Shown here in pieces: positions 49,340 through 58,796 of a DNA stretch of 64,000 nt (within the stretch, counting starts at the first letter, position 1; the number at the start of each line of letters is the position of its first letter). A program made the translations under genes and the position numbers. The stretch covers positions 32,001 through 96,000 of the forward strand of contig CAZQNA010000001.1 in NCBI GenBank assembly GCA_964594835.1, given 5' to 3'. Origin of the DNA: an uncultured Nitrososphaerota archaeon. GTDB lineage: Archaea; Korarchaeota; Korarchaeia; Korarchaeales; Korarchaeaceae. Under the pieces are notes generated by a model, which had not been told where the DNA came from, ran no database searches, and worked only from the letters and a program-made list of their open reading frames with translations.

Positions 49340-49701
49340 GCGGCAGCAGGGTTAGGAACTTACCCGATTACCTGATCTCCGACGTGATCCCCCCCGAGAG
49401 GGAGTGCGACGATGACAAGTGCCCCTGGCACGGCACGATATCCGTCCGGGGGAAGGCCCTAGTTGGCGAGGTCGTCTCGACGAAGATGACCGGAACGATC
49501 ACGGTCCAGGTGAGCTACCTCCACTACGTCCCCAAGTTCAAGAGGTACGAGCGGAGGAGGAGCAAGATCCACGCGCACCTCCCCCCCTGCATAGACGTGA
49601 GGGAGGGGGACCTGGTCAAAATCGCCGAGACGAGGAGGCTGGCAAAGACCGTCAGTCACGTTGTCCTGGGGGTGGTGAGGGGCGAGAGGAAGGAGGGGTG
49701 A
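49336..49701 (+). CDS. rps17: 30S ribosomal protein S17
   Basis: CDDDKCPWHG, KRYERRRS, PPCI, ETRRLAKT. Confidence 0.95.
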   Translation: MSGSRVRNLPDYLISDVIPPERECDDDKCPWHGTISVRGKALVGEVVSTKMTGTITVQVSYLHYVPKFKRYERRRSKIHAHLPPCIDVREGDLVKIAETRRLAKTVSHVVLGVVRGERKEG

Positions 49702-49704
49702 CGG

Positions 49705-50808
49705 TCAGCCCACCTTCCTCCTCCACCCGTACCTGCTCGTGTCGTAGAAGGGCATGCTTGAGATCTGGACCTCTATCCTGCCGGCGCCCTCGGCCACAAG
49801 CCTCGTGCCCGGCTCGGCCAGGTCCGACCTGACGTATCCCATAGCCACGCCGACCCCGACGGTGGGGCTGTAGACGCCGCTCGTTACCCTCCCGACGGGC
49901 TCTCCATCCTTGACGAGTCTGTCCCCGTGTCGGGGCGCCCTGCGGGACAGGCTCCTGAGGCCCACCCGCTTCTCCCTCGGTCCACTCTTCAGGGCCTCCT
50001 CCACGGCGTCCTTCCCGATGAACTCCTCCTTCTCGAGGTTGACCGCGAACATCAGATCCGCCTCCACCGGATTGGTGCCCTCGTCCATGTCCTCTCCGTA
50101 GAGGGGGAGCCCAGCCTCCAGCCTCAGTATGTCCCTTGCCCCCAGCCCGCAGGGAGAGGCCCCCTCCCTCACCAGCTCCCTCAGGAGTTCAGAGGCGACG
50201 GACGCATCCCAGAGTATAATCTCGTATCCGTCCTCCCCAGTGTAGCCGGTCCTGCTTATCAGGGCCTCCCGTCCATGGACGCGTGTCATTGTGTTTCTGA
50301 ACTTCCTGATCTTGATGGTCGTGCCGATTACCCTGTGGACGAGGTCTCTGGCTGAGGGACCCTGGACTGCCAGCATGGCCGAGTCGAAGGTCTCGTCCGC
50401 GACGGACGCTCGAAAGCCCCTCTCCTCCAACACGCTCTCGAACCAAGACAGGATCTTCTCCCTGCTCGCGGCGTTCACGACCAGCACGTACTCCTCTGGA
50501 CCGATTCGGAAGACCATGTCGTCGTCCTTGATCCCGCCCCCTGGGTTAAGGGTCAGGGTGTACCTGCTCCTCCCCACCTCCACGTCCACCTGGTTTGAGG
50601 TCACGTAGTTCAGGAACCCGGCGGCGTCCTTCCCCCTTATCCTCAGCCTCCCCATGTGGGAGACGTCGAAGACCCCGGCCGAATTTCTGACCGCGGCGGT
50701 CTCTTTCAGGGAGCTCGTGTACTTTATTGGCATTCTCCAGCCGGCAAACGTCGTGAAAGAGGCCCCCAACTCCTCGTGGACTTCCATCAGAGGGCTCTCG
50801 TGGGACAT
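49705..50808 (-). CDS. gcvT: Glycine cleavage system T protein (aminomethyltransferase)
   Basis: FAGWRMP, FDVSHMG, SRTGYTGEDGYE, GLGARDILRLEAG. Confidence 0.94.
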   Translation of the reverse strand: MSHESPLMEVHEELGASFTTFAGWRMPIKYTSSLKETAAVRNSAGVFDVSHMGRLRIRGKDAAGFLNYVTSNQVDVEVGRSRYTLTLNPGGGIKDDDMVFRIGPEEYVLVVNAASREKILSWFESVLEERGFRASVADETFDSAMLAVQGPSARDLVHRVIGTTIKIRKFRNTMTRVHGREALISRTGYTGEDGYEIILWDASVASELLRELVREGASPCGLGARDILRLEAGLPLYGEDMDEGTNPVEADLMFAVNLEKEEFIGKDAVEEALKSGPREKRVGLRSLSRRAPRHGDRLVKDGEPVGRVTSGVYSPTVGVGVAMGYVRSDLAEPGTRLVAEGAGRIEVQISSMPFYDTSRYGWRRKVG

Positions 50809-50870
50809 CTAGCCCACGGCGTGCGCGAAATCTTAAACCATTTCTCCGGAGAAATCGCGCCGAGTTCGAT

Positions 50871-52214
50871 ATGCCAGAAGACCTGGTCAAGATACTGGGT
50901 AAGATTCTAGAGGAGGACAGGGTTCTATCCGACGAGATATCCCTGGCGGCCTTCTCCTTCGACGCTTCGAACGTCAGGCAAATGCCTGACGTCGTCGTCC
51001 GCCCCTCCTCAGAGGAGGAGGTGGAGGAGATACTGAGGGCGGCGACGGAGCACGGCTTCCCCGTTACCCCCAGGGGGGCCGGAACTTCTCTGGTGGGCGG
51101 GCCTGTCCCCATAGAGGGGGGCGTGATCCTGGACCTCACGGACCTCAACGAGGTGTACGAGGTCGACGAGGAGGAGGGCTCGATCGAGGCCGGGCCTGGG
51201 CTCCGTGTTTCGGAGCTGCAGGAGAGGGTTGGAAGGGACTACTTCCTACCCATAGGCATGTACGGTGGAGGCAGCGCGACAATAGGGGGCCTGGCAGCCG
51301 TGGACGCCGCCTCGAGCCTCTCTAGCTTGTATGGGACGATGAGGAGCTTGGTAGTCGGTCTGAGGGCCGTCGCGCCCTCTGGCCAGTGGATAGACCTCCG
51401 GGGCTACCACGCCGGCGGGCCCAGGTTCCTCCTCGACTCCATCCTGGGCTCCGAGGGAACCCTGGCCGTGATAACCAGGCTTGTTGTTCGGCTGAGGAGG
51501 CGCCCTCACGTTGCAACTCACTCTCTTGAGCTCCTGGATTCTCTCGACGCCCTGACCCTCTTCTCCGAGCTTGCAGCCAGGGGGGTTGAGGTGGCGGCGC
51601 TGGACGTGTTTCACCGGGACGTCTTGGAGGCGGCCGGAGAGGGGGACTCAGAGGCCGGGGCCAGGGCCCTAGTCACATTTGTCGGGGCCACCCAGGAGTG
51701 CGTGGACTCGGCCTCGAGGATCCTGCAGGAGGTGCTTGACGAGATCAGGCCCCTCGGTCAGGAGTCGCTGGGAGACTCCCTCCCCGACAGGAACGAGCCC
51801 GTAGTCGGGGCGATAAGGGAGGCCAAGCAGGCGGCCATATTCGTCAGCGCCTCAGTTCCACCCTCCACCCTGAGGGACATAGTCCCGGAGGTGGAGAGGA
51901 CGGCCGCGCGGTACAGGGTGTCGACCCTGACCGTGTCGTCCGTACCGCTGGGGTGGGTCACCGTGGGCTTCCTCTTCGACCCACTGGACGACAAGCTCTT
52001 GGGGAGAGCAGTCTCTGCCTCTCAGAGCACTGCCGAGCTGTTCGCCAAGAGCGGGGGTGCCCTCGGCTTCGGGACGGGGATAGGTCGAACCATGGCTCAC
52101 GCGTTCGCCAAGCACAGGCCGGAGGCGGCGTCGGCATTCGCGGCCCTCAAGAGGGTGTTTGACCCTGCTTGGATCCTCAACCCAGGCAAGATAGTGCCCT
52201 CAAGAGGGGGCTAA
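50871..52214 (+). CDS. FAD-binding oxidoreductase (GlcD/D-lactate dehydrogenase-like, divergent)
   Basis: PRGAGTSLVGG, TIGG, GSEGTLAVIT, DP..ILNPGK. Confidence 0.85.
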   Translation: MPEDLVKILGKILEEDRVLSDEISLAAFSFDASNVRQMPDVVVRPSSEEEVEEILRAATEHGFPVTPRGAGTSLVGGPVPIEGGVILDLTDLNEVYEVDEEEGSIEAGPGLRVSELQERVGRDYFLPIGMYGGGSATIGGLAAVDAASSLSSLYGTMRSLVVGLRAVAPSGQWIDLRGYHAGGPRFLLDSILGSEGTLAVITRLVVRLRRRPHVATHSLELLDSLDALTLFSELAARGVEVAALDVFHRDVLEAAGEGDSEAGARALVTFVGATQECVDSASRILQEVLDEIRPLGQESLGDSLPDRNEPVVGAIREAKQAAIFVSASVPPSTLRDIVPEVERTAARYRVSTLTVSSVPLGWVTVGFLFDPLDDKLLGRAVSASQSTAELFAKSGGALGFGTGIGRTMAHAFAKHRPEAASAFAALKRVFDPAWILNPGKIVPSRGG

Positions 52215-52218
52215 GAGC

Positions 52219-53316
52219 ATGTCAGCCGAGGAGGAGCAGAAGGAACCTCTGTTTAGTGAGGAGCTGACCCGAAGGCTGCAGTTCTGCCTGAGGTGTGGCG
52301 AGTGCAACCTTCACTGCCCCATCTATAGGGCCTTTGGGTTCAACGAGGCTTACTCTCCCAGGGGATGGGTGAACCTGGCCTCCATGCTCTCCCTCAGGGA
52401 GATCCCAGTGTTCATAGACAAGATAGAGCACATGTACCTCTCCGTACTCTGTGGGAGCTGCGACCCGCCCTGTCCCTACGACGTCAGGCCGTCTGAACTC
52501 ATACTGGCCGCCAGGAAGGAGCTCATAGACCTGGGTTACGTTCCCCCCCTCGACGTGGCGGCCATTCCTAGGAGGATCAGGTCGAACCTCCCCCTGCTCG
52601 AGCCCTCCCCCCAGGAGGAATGGATGCCGCCCGAGAAAGCGGGCCCCTCCGAGTCGACCGTCCTCTACCTAGGCAGGTGGGCTCTGAACTCGCCGGAGTC
52701 TGCCTCGGCGGCCTCGGAGCTGGCCTGGAGGTTCTTCAAGGCGCCGGCCCTGGCGGACAGCAGGCCGTCCTGCGGAGAGGTCTTGAGGCTGGCGGGATAC
52801 TTTGACGAGGCGAGGGAGGAGCTTGAGCTTCTCGTGGAGCGGCTTGAAGGGATGGGAGTTCGAGAGGTCCTCACTGCCTGCCCCGAGGCGGCCTCGAGGA
52901 TATCTGAGCTGGGAGTCGAGGCCAGAAGCCTGCTCGAGGCCCTCTCCGAGGCGCAGGTCGTGGACGAGAAGGTGGCCTCCAAGAAGCTGTCAAAGGGGGT
53001 CCTGCTGGTCCCGGAGTGTGTAGACAGGTCAAACGAGGCTGCCCTAGAGCTCCTGTCGGCCGCGGGCGTGCCGACAACCTTGGCAAGCTTCTGCGCGTCC
53101 TGCGGATATACCATCACCTACAACGCGAGGCCCGACGTCGTCGGGCGGCTGGGCGAGGATCTGGCGTCTCAGGCAGAGGTGAAAGGGGCCCCGCTCGTGG
53201 CCTTCGTTCACCCGGCCGCATATTCAGCCGTGAGGGCTGCCCTCAGGGGAGCCAAGCTCAAGCCGAAGATCCTCGACGTGTTCCAGCTCTTGCTTCAAGT
53301 GGCCAAGAAGCCCTAG
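52219..53316 (+). CDS. Fe-S oxidoreductase subunit (GlcF/HdrD-like, divergent)
   Basis: CLRCGECNLHCP, SPRG, partial second 4Fe-4S motif, relict CCG domains (SCG, TACP). Confidence 0.75.
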   Translation: MSAEEEQKEPLFSEELTRRLQFCLRCGECNLHCPIYRAFGFNEAYSPRGWVNLASMLSLREIPVFIDKIEHMYLSVLCGSCDPPCPYDVRPSELILAARKELIDLGYVPPLDVAAIPRRIRSNLPLLEPSPQEEWMPPEKAGPSESTVLYLGRWALNSPESASAASELAWRFFKAPALADSRPSCGEVLRLAGYFDEAREELELLVERLEGMGVREVLTACPEAASRISELGVEARSLLEALSEAQVVDEKVASKKLSKGVLLVPECVDRSNEAALELLSAAGVPTTLASFCASCGYTITYNARPDVVGRLGEDLASQAEVKGAPLVAFVHPAAYSAVRAALRGAKLKPKILDVFQLLLQVAKKP

Positions 53317-54670
53317 CCAGGGGTTCTCCGATGCCCGAGTACACGAAGCCAGCCTCCTCCACGTTTTCCCTATCGAAGACGAGTCTCCCGTCGTAGAAGA
53401 GGACCGGCCCCTCTGGGTCACAGGACTCCCTGAGCCTGGTCAAGTCGAGGGACCTGAACTCGGGGTGGTCGGTGGCCAGCACGACGCACCTGGCCCCTGC
53501 GGCGGCCTCATAGGGATCTCTCGACCTCTCAGACCCGAAGCTCTCCTCGCAGAGTGGATCGTAGGACCTGACCCTGACCCCGGCGGACTTCAGAGCCGCA
53601 ACGAGATCCTTCGCCGGGCTCTCGCGGGGGTCACCGACCCCGCCCTTGTAGGCCGTGCCCAGCAGGGCTACTGTCGCCCCCCTGGCCCCACCGGTCTCCT
53701 CGAGGAAGGACAGTATCTCCTCGGCCGCAGACCTGGGCATCTCCTCGTTCAGCCTTCTGGCTCGAAGTATCAGCTCAGGGATGTACCCACTGTCCGCCGA
53801 GGCGTTTGCCAAGAAGAGGGGGTCCTTCGTCAGGCAGCTCCCCCCGACGCCGATGCCGGGCCTGAGCAGGTTCACCCTGGGGTGAAGGTTGGCCAGTCCT
53901 ATGACCTCCCTCGCGCTAACGCCGAGGGCGGAGCACACCCTCGCAATCTCGTTGGCGAGGGCTATGTTCACGTCCCTGTAGGTGTTCTCAACGAGCTTCA
54001 CCACCTCGGACGTGGTGGCGTCGGTCGTGATTATCTTCCCACGCGCGAAGGAGGAGTAGAGCTCCCTCGCCAGCTCTGCGGACTCCTCGTCAACGCCTCC
54101 GACTATCCTGTTCGCCTCCGTCAGCTCTCGGATCAGTCGACCGGGCATGGCCCTCTCCGGACAGTGAGCCAAGAACACCCTCCGAGCGTGCCTCGGGCGG
54201 ACTAGCCTTGCCACCATCTCCGAGGTCGTCCCCGGGGGGACCGTGCTCTCCACCACGACCAGCGCGTCCCCCGAGATTGACCTCCCCACCTCCTCGGCCG
54301 CCGAGATTAGGTAGGTGAGGTTCGGTTCTCCCCCGTTTATCCTGGGCGTCGGGACGGCTATTATGAACACGTCGGCCCCGAGGATCTCGTCGGGATCGGC
54401 CGTTGGCCTGTACCTGCCCGACGACAGGCCCAGCTCGAGGAGTTCGGGGAGGCCAGGCTCTCCCGGATAGGGGACAGATCCCGTCCTGAGCCCCTCAACG
54501 AGGACCTCGTTCACGTCGTACCCGACGACGTTGAAGCCAGCCCTTGACAGGAGCAGGGCTATCGGGAGCCCTATGTAGCCCTGCCCCAGGACGGCGACCC
54601 TGGCCCTCCTGCTGCGGATCTCGTTCATCAGCCTGTCGAAGGCCGACTCCCCGAACTCCTCCATCCCCAC
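53258..54670 (-). CDS. Nucleotide-sugar dehydrogenase (UDP-ManNAc/GlcNAc dehydrogenase family)
   Basis: GQGYIGLP, IAVPTP, ESTVPPG, CPER, KLVENTYRDVNIALANE, GVGGSCL. Confidence 0.92.
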   Translation of the reverse strand: MGMEEFGESAFDRLMNEIRSRRARVAVLGQGYIGLPIALLLSRAGFNVVGYDVNEVLVEGLRTGSVPYPGEPGLPELLELGLSSGRYRPTADPDEILGADVFIIAVPTPRINGGEPNLTYLISAAEEVGRSISGDALVVVESTVPPGTTSEMVARLVRPRHARRVFLAHCPERAMPGRLIRELTEANRIVGGVDEESAELARELYSSFARGKIITTDATTSEVVKLVENTYRDVNIALANEIARVCSALGVSAREVIGLANLHPRVNLLRPGIGVGGSCLTKDPLFLANASADSGYIPELILRARRLNEEMPRSAAEEILSFLEETGGARGATVALLGTAYKGGVGDPRESPAKDLVAALKSAGVRVRSYDPLCEESFGSERSRDPYEAAAGARCVVLATDHPEFRSLDLTRLRESCDPEGPVLFYDGRLVFDRENVEEAGFVYSGIGEPLARASWPLEARAGTRRGSSA

Positions 54671-54757
54671 CCTCCAGCGGAGGGGTGGGGCGGAGTAATA
54701 ACCCTGACAAGCGAAACGATTGAAAAGGAGCGAATCGATCGATTGGCCGGTTTTAAT

Positions 54758-54961
54758 TCAGACCAGTGTGCCCTGGAGTTCTCTCCGCTTGAGTCTGGTT
54801 ATGTAACCCGCCACGCGGTTTCTGTAGACCTTAGAACGGACGTTGGCTATCCTCTGGAGGACCATCTTGTTGTGCTCGAAGTCGGTGGTCCAGAGTTCCG
54901 GGTACTCCTTCACGAGCCTGTAGGCAACCCTCTTGATGGCCTTCTCCCTGACAGTTCCCAT
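54758..54961 (-). CDS. rps17e: 30S ribosomal protein S17e
   Basis: MG.VR...IKR, DFEHNK, RNRVAGYIT. Confidence 0.95.
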   Translation of the reverse strand: MGTVREKAIKRVAYRLVKEYPELWTTDFEHNKMVLQRIANVRSKVYRNRVAGYITRLKRRELQGTLV

Positions 54962-54981
54962 TGGCCTCTCTCCCGACCGCG

Positions 54982-56127
54982 CTAGGTCAGCTTATATAAA
55001 GGTTGACGCTCCGAGGCCCGCTCTACGATCTTCTTGGCCAGTGGGAGGACCTCCTCCCTCCTCTTCTCATGCTCCCTCATCTCTCTGACAAGCTCCTCGA
55101 CTATCTGAGCCTTGCACTCTCCGCAGAGCCGCTCTCCCGCGGTACACTCGGAGTATATCCTCTCGAGCTCGCGGTCGTCGTTGGGGTAGAGGTGAAACTT
55201 CGCTATCTCGTAGACTACGCATCTCCAGGGCTCCCCCCCAAGCTCCCTCTGGAGCGTCGCGGTCTCCCTCCCGCCGGTGAACGCGTTCATGATCTTCCTC
55301 CTGACCAGCTCTTCGTCGTCCCTCAGGCTGATGTAGCTCATGGGATCTCGCTTGGACATCTTCTTGTCGCCCAGGAGGCTCCTGATGATCAGGTGGTAGG
55401 TGGACGCCGGCTCCAAGAAGCCCCACTTGGACCTCAGCTTGGCGGTGACGTCCCTGGTGAGGCGCAGGTGGGGGTCCTGATCCACCCCCACCGGGACTAT
55501 GGTGGGCTTAGGCCCCCCGAAGTCGGGGTGCTGCGGGAGCAGGATGTCCCCTATCTGGACCAGCGCGGACAGGTAGAGGCCCATGTGCCTCTCGCCGTAC
55601 ACGGCCCTCATCGTTGAGAGCGTTATTCCGCGGGCGGCCAGGGCGGCTATCTCCTGGACCCTGATCTCCCTGCTCTGGAAGTACACGTAGGACCTCTCCG
55701 GGTCCAGTCCGGCTGCGAGAAGGTCGGCGACGTTGCTGACGGCCACCCTCCTGCTGACGTCGAAGTCCTGTCCGTTGTCCTCCCACGCCTCTATGTCCGC
55801 TATGGCGAATACGGCCAGCGCACTCTCGGACTTCCTCTGGAAGTACACGAACTCCTTCACAGTCTGGAACGTGCCCAGGTGATACTCTCCCGTGGGCTTT
55901 ATCCCCGTCAGAACCGCGTACTCCTTTCCGGACCTGATGGCCTCCGCAATCACGTCCAGGTCGCGGTGCGCGAAGATGATTCTCCTCCGGAAGAAGGGGG
56001 CGTCTCCGAAAATCTCCAGGTGTCTCTCTGTCACCTCCGATAGACCGAACTGCTCCACTAGCCTCCTGTAATCCTGGATGAGGTCGCTGGACCAGGGATC
56101 CAACTCATTTGGGGGCAGGCGGGTCAC
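54982..56127 (-). CDS. trpS: Tryptophanyl-tRNA synthetase
   Basis: LDPW, HRD, TG.KPTG..HLG, PVGVDQDPHLRLTRD, KMSK, AFTGGR. Confidence 0.93.
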   Translation of the reverse strand: MTRLPPNELDPWSSDLIQDYRRLVEQFGLSEVTERHLEIFGDAPFFRRRIIFAHRDLDVIAEAIRSGKEYAVLTGIKPTGEYHLGTFQTVKEFVYFQRKSESALAVFAIADIEAWEDNGQDFDVSRRVAVSNVADLLAAGLDPERSYVYFQSREIRVQEIAALAARGITLSTMRAVYGERHMGLYLSALVQIGDILLPQHPDFGGPKPTIVPVGVDQDPHLRLTRDVTAKLRSKWGFLEPASTYHLIIRSLLGDKKMSKRDPMSYISLRDDEELVRRKIMNAFTGGRETATLQRELGGEPWRCVVYEIAKFHLYPNDDRELERIYSECTAGERLCGECKAQIVEELVREMREHEKRREEVLPLAKKIVERASERQPLYKLT

Positions 56128-56194
56128 CCTCCGTGCCCGCCGGCTGCGTTTTAAAAACTGGTTCCGCCGGGCTCACCGAGACGGTGTGGACGGC

Positions 56195-57265
56195 ATGGCG
56201 GGGGTGCTGGATACCTTCATCTCGGAGAACAAGGGGCGGATCGACGAGGAGCTTAACAGGTTCATGAGCGAGGTAATGGGTCAATCACCGTCCCCTGAGG
56301 CGCTGGAGTACTACAGGAGGCTTCAGGAGTACCTGCTGAGGGGAGGAAAGCGGCTCAGACCCCTGTCCGTGGTGGCCTCCTACCGCGGCTTCGGGGGGGA
56401 TCAGGAGGGCATCTACCGGGCCGCCATCTCCGTCGAACTCCTCCACGCGTCCTCGCTAATCCACGACGACATAATGGACGAGAGCCCAACGAGACGGGGT
56501 GGACCGGCCTTTCACGTCCTTGGAGAGGACTGGTTTGAGTCCCTGGACGTGGAGAGGGTTCCTCAGAACATAGGCACATCCATAGGGATACTGGGAGGAG
56601 ACAGCCTCCTGGGGCTGGGGATTGAGGCCCTGCTGAAGTCGGGGTTCCCGGCCGCCAGGACCGAGGCGGCCGTGGGGGAGTACGTGGAGGCCTACAGGAG
56701 GCTCGTGGAGGGACAGCTGCTCGACCTGTTCCTGAGCTGCAGCAGGGAGATCCCCAGCGAGGAGGCGGTGCTCGAGATGCTGTCTCTCAAGACCGGGGCC
56801 CTCTTCGCGGCCTCCCTGAGGATCGGCGCCACGCTGGCCGGTGCCCCGGACTCGGCCCTTCAGGCCCTCTCAGACTACGGCCGTCGGGTGGGGGTCGCCT
56901 TCCAGATAGTCGATGACATCCTCGGGCTCTTCGGAGACCCCAAGGTGACCGGCAAGCCGTCGGACTCCGACGTCAAGGAGGGCAAGCGCACCATACTGGT
57001 GATAAGGGCCCTGGAGAGGTGCTCTTCCCGAGATAGGGAGAGGTTCTTGAGCATCCTGGGAAATCCACGGGCTGGGAGCGAGGACGTGGACTTCGTCAGG
57101 GACGTTGTCCGGGAGACGGGATCGCTGGACTACGCGCGCGCAAAGGCAATAGAACTCCTCGAGGAGGCAAAATCCTCCCTGAGATCGCTTGAGGGGGTTG
57201 CTGAGGCTGAGTTCTTGCGGCTCCTCTCTGAACTGGCCGACGCGCTGGTGTTCAGGAACCGTTAA
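56195..57265 (+). CDS. Polyprenyl (geranylgeranyl) diphosphate synthase
   Basis: GGKRLRP, HDDIMD..RRG, GQLLD, KTGALF, FQIVDD. Confidence 0.93.
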   Translation: MAGVLDTFISENKGRIDEELNRFMSEVMGQSPSPEALEYYRRLQEYLLRGGKRLRPLSVVASYRGFGGDQEGIYRAAISVELLHASSLIHDDIMDESPTRRGGPAFHVLGEDWFESLDVERVPQNIGTSIGILGGDSLLGLGIEALLKSGFPAARTEAAVGEYVEAYRRLVEGQLLDLFLSCSREIPSEEAVLEMLSLKTGALFAASLRIGATLAGAPDSALQALSDYGRRVGVAFQIVDDILGLFGDPKVTGKPSDSDVKEGKRTILVIRALERCSSRDRERFLSILGNPRAGSEDVDFVRDVVRETGSLDYARAKAIELLEEAKSSLRSLEGVAEAEFLRLLSELADALVFRNR

Positions 57266-57293
57266 ATTTGGGGTCCGCCGGAAAGTAGGCATG

Positions 57294-57373
57294 GCGCCTG
57301 CCACTGAATGACCCCGGGCGAGGGAGGACGGCGTGGGCCGACCTGTGAGCCCGTGGGATTAGTTGGCAGGCGC
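57294..57373 (+). ncRNA. Candidate K-turn-containing hairpin RNA or 5' leader of dnaG
   Basis: 10-bp terminal stem gcgcctgcca/tggcaggcgc, tandem GA/GA next to gggc/gccc; TATA-like ttaaat about 25 nt upstream. Confidence 0.45.
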
Positions 57374-57496
57374 TCAACCCTCACGCACCGGGTGTTGAAG
57401 AGAGTGAGACCGGTAGTGCTCGATTGTTCACCACCCGTTGGTCGGGTCGTCGGGTCTGGGGAGCCACCCAGATCCCTTTAGTCGTTGGGAGAGGTG

Positions 57497-58789
57497 ATGT
57501 TCGACTTGAGGAATTCTCCCGGATACGAGTCCAGGCCCCCTGGCAACAGGAACAGGGACGCCGAGCACCACCCCAAGTACCTCATCCACCTGGACATAGT
57601 GGTGAACGGCCACGTGGACGACAGCGACGTGATAGGCGCCCTGTTCGGCCAGCTTGAGGGGCTCATCGGACCGGAGCTTGAGCTGAGGGAGCTTCAGAGG
57701 ACCGGGAAGATAGGCAGGATAAAGGTCCACCTGAAGAACGAGGGGGCCAAGACCAGGGGGGTCATTCAGGTTGGGTGCAGCCTGGACAAGGCCAGAACGG
57801 CCATAATAGCCGCAGCAATGGAGAGTGTCGACCGGGTCGGTCCCTACACCGCCAAGGTCAAGCTCAGGAAGATAACCGATGAGAGGGAGGAGAAGAGGAG
57901 GTTCATAGCGAAGAGGGCTGTGGAGATCCTCAAGGATTGGAGGAGCCAGGCGGCCGAATCCTCGAAGGACCTGCTCGACAAGATACTGAGGGAGGCGTCG
58001 CGCGAGGAGGTGATCTTCTACGGGCCCGAGAGGCTGCCCGCGGGTCCCGGGGTGGACGAGTCCGACGAGCTCATCGTAGTGGAGGGGAGGGCTGACGTCG
58101 TCAACATGCTGAGGTACGGCTGGACGAACGTCATATCCGTTGGGGGAGCCGTTGAGAGGGTCCCAGACACGGTGGTCAAGCTGATCTCTCAGAAGGACGC
58201 GATCGCATTCGTCGACGGTGATCGCGGCGGTGAGATGGTTCTCAGGGCCCTGCTTGAGCAGACCGACGTGGACTACGTCGCCAGGGCGCCTCCCGGGAAG
58301 GGAGTTCAGGATCTCACCGCCAAGGAGATCAGAAAGGCGCTCGAGTCCGCCGTTCCAGCCTCTGAGGAGCGGGAGAGGCTGGGCATTCCAAGGCCCGAGG
58401 CGCGCGCCGCGCCGGCTCACCCGGCCGCCGAGTCCCCGCGAGTGGCCCAGGGTACCTCAGCCGGCGCGCGCGTCGGTGAAGCGGCCGCCGGGGAGCCCTG
58501 GGAGAAGAGGATCCCGCGTGAACTCAGGGAAGTGGTAAGGGAGGCGATCTCGTCGGGCAAGGCGATCCTCCTGTCGGAGGATCTTGCCAAGGTCGGTGAG
58601 GTCAGGGTCAGCGACCTCCACGAGCAGCTGGGGTCCGTGAACGGGGCCAAGTACCTCGTCTACGACGGGAACGTGACCCAGCGCATCGTGGACAAGGCGC
58701 ACCTCTCGGGGATAAGGGTGATAGTCGGGAGGAGGGCGTACGAGCTCAGCAGGATTCCCGTGGGGCTGAAGGTCTACACGCTCGAGTGA
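57497..58789 (+). CDS. dnaG: Archaeal DnaG (exosome-associated TOPRIM protein)
   Basis: DVIGALFGQLEGL, GKIGRI, VDRVGP, VEGRADV, DGDRGG. Confidence 0.94.
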   Translation: MFDLRNSPGYESRPPGNRNRDAEHHPKYLIHLDIVVNGHVDDSDVIGALFGQLEGLIGPELELRELQRTGKIGRIKVHLKNEGAKTRGVIQVGCSLDKARTAIIAAAMESVDRVGPYTAKVKLRKITDEREEKRRFIAKRAVEILKDWRSQAAESSKDLLDKILREASREEVIFYGPERLPAGPGVDESDELIVVEGRADVVNMLRYGWTNVISVGGAVERVPDTVVKLISQKDAIAFVDGDRGGEMVLRALLEQTDVDYVARAPPGKGVQDLTAKEIRKALESAVPASEERERLGIPRPEARAAPAHPAAESPRVAQGTSAGARVGEAAAGEPWEKRIPRELREVVREAISSGKAILLSEDLAKVGEVRVSDLHEQLGSVNGAKYLVYDGNVTQRIVDKAHLSGIRVIVGRRAYELSRIPVGLKVYTLE

Positions 58790-58796
58790 CCTCGGC

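Noticed and set aside
15999-53316. Short convergent 3' overlaps (eno/cca, truA/small ORF, gatE/polB1, Fe-S protein/sugar dehydrogenase)
   Set aside because: These are common in compact GC-rich archaeal genomes, and nothing suggests a special function.
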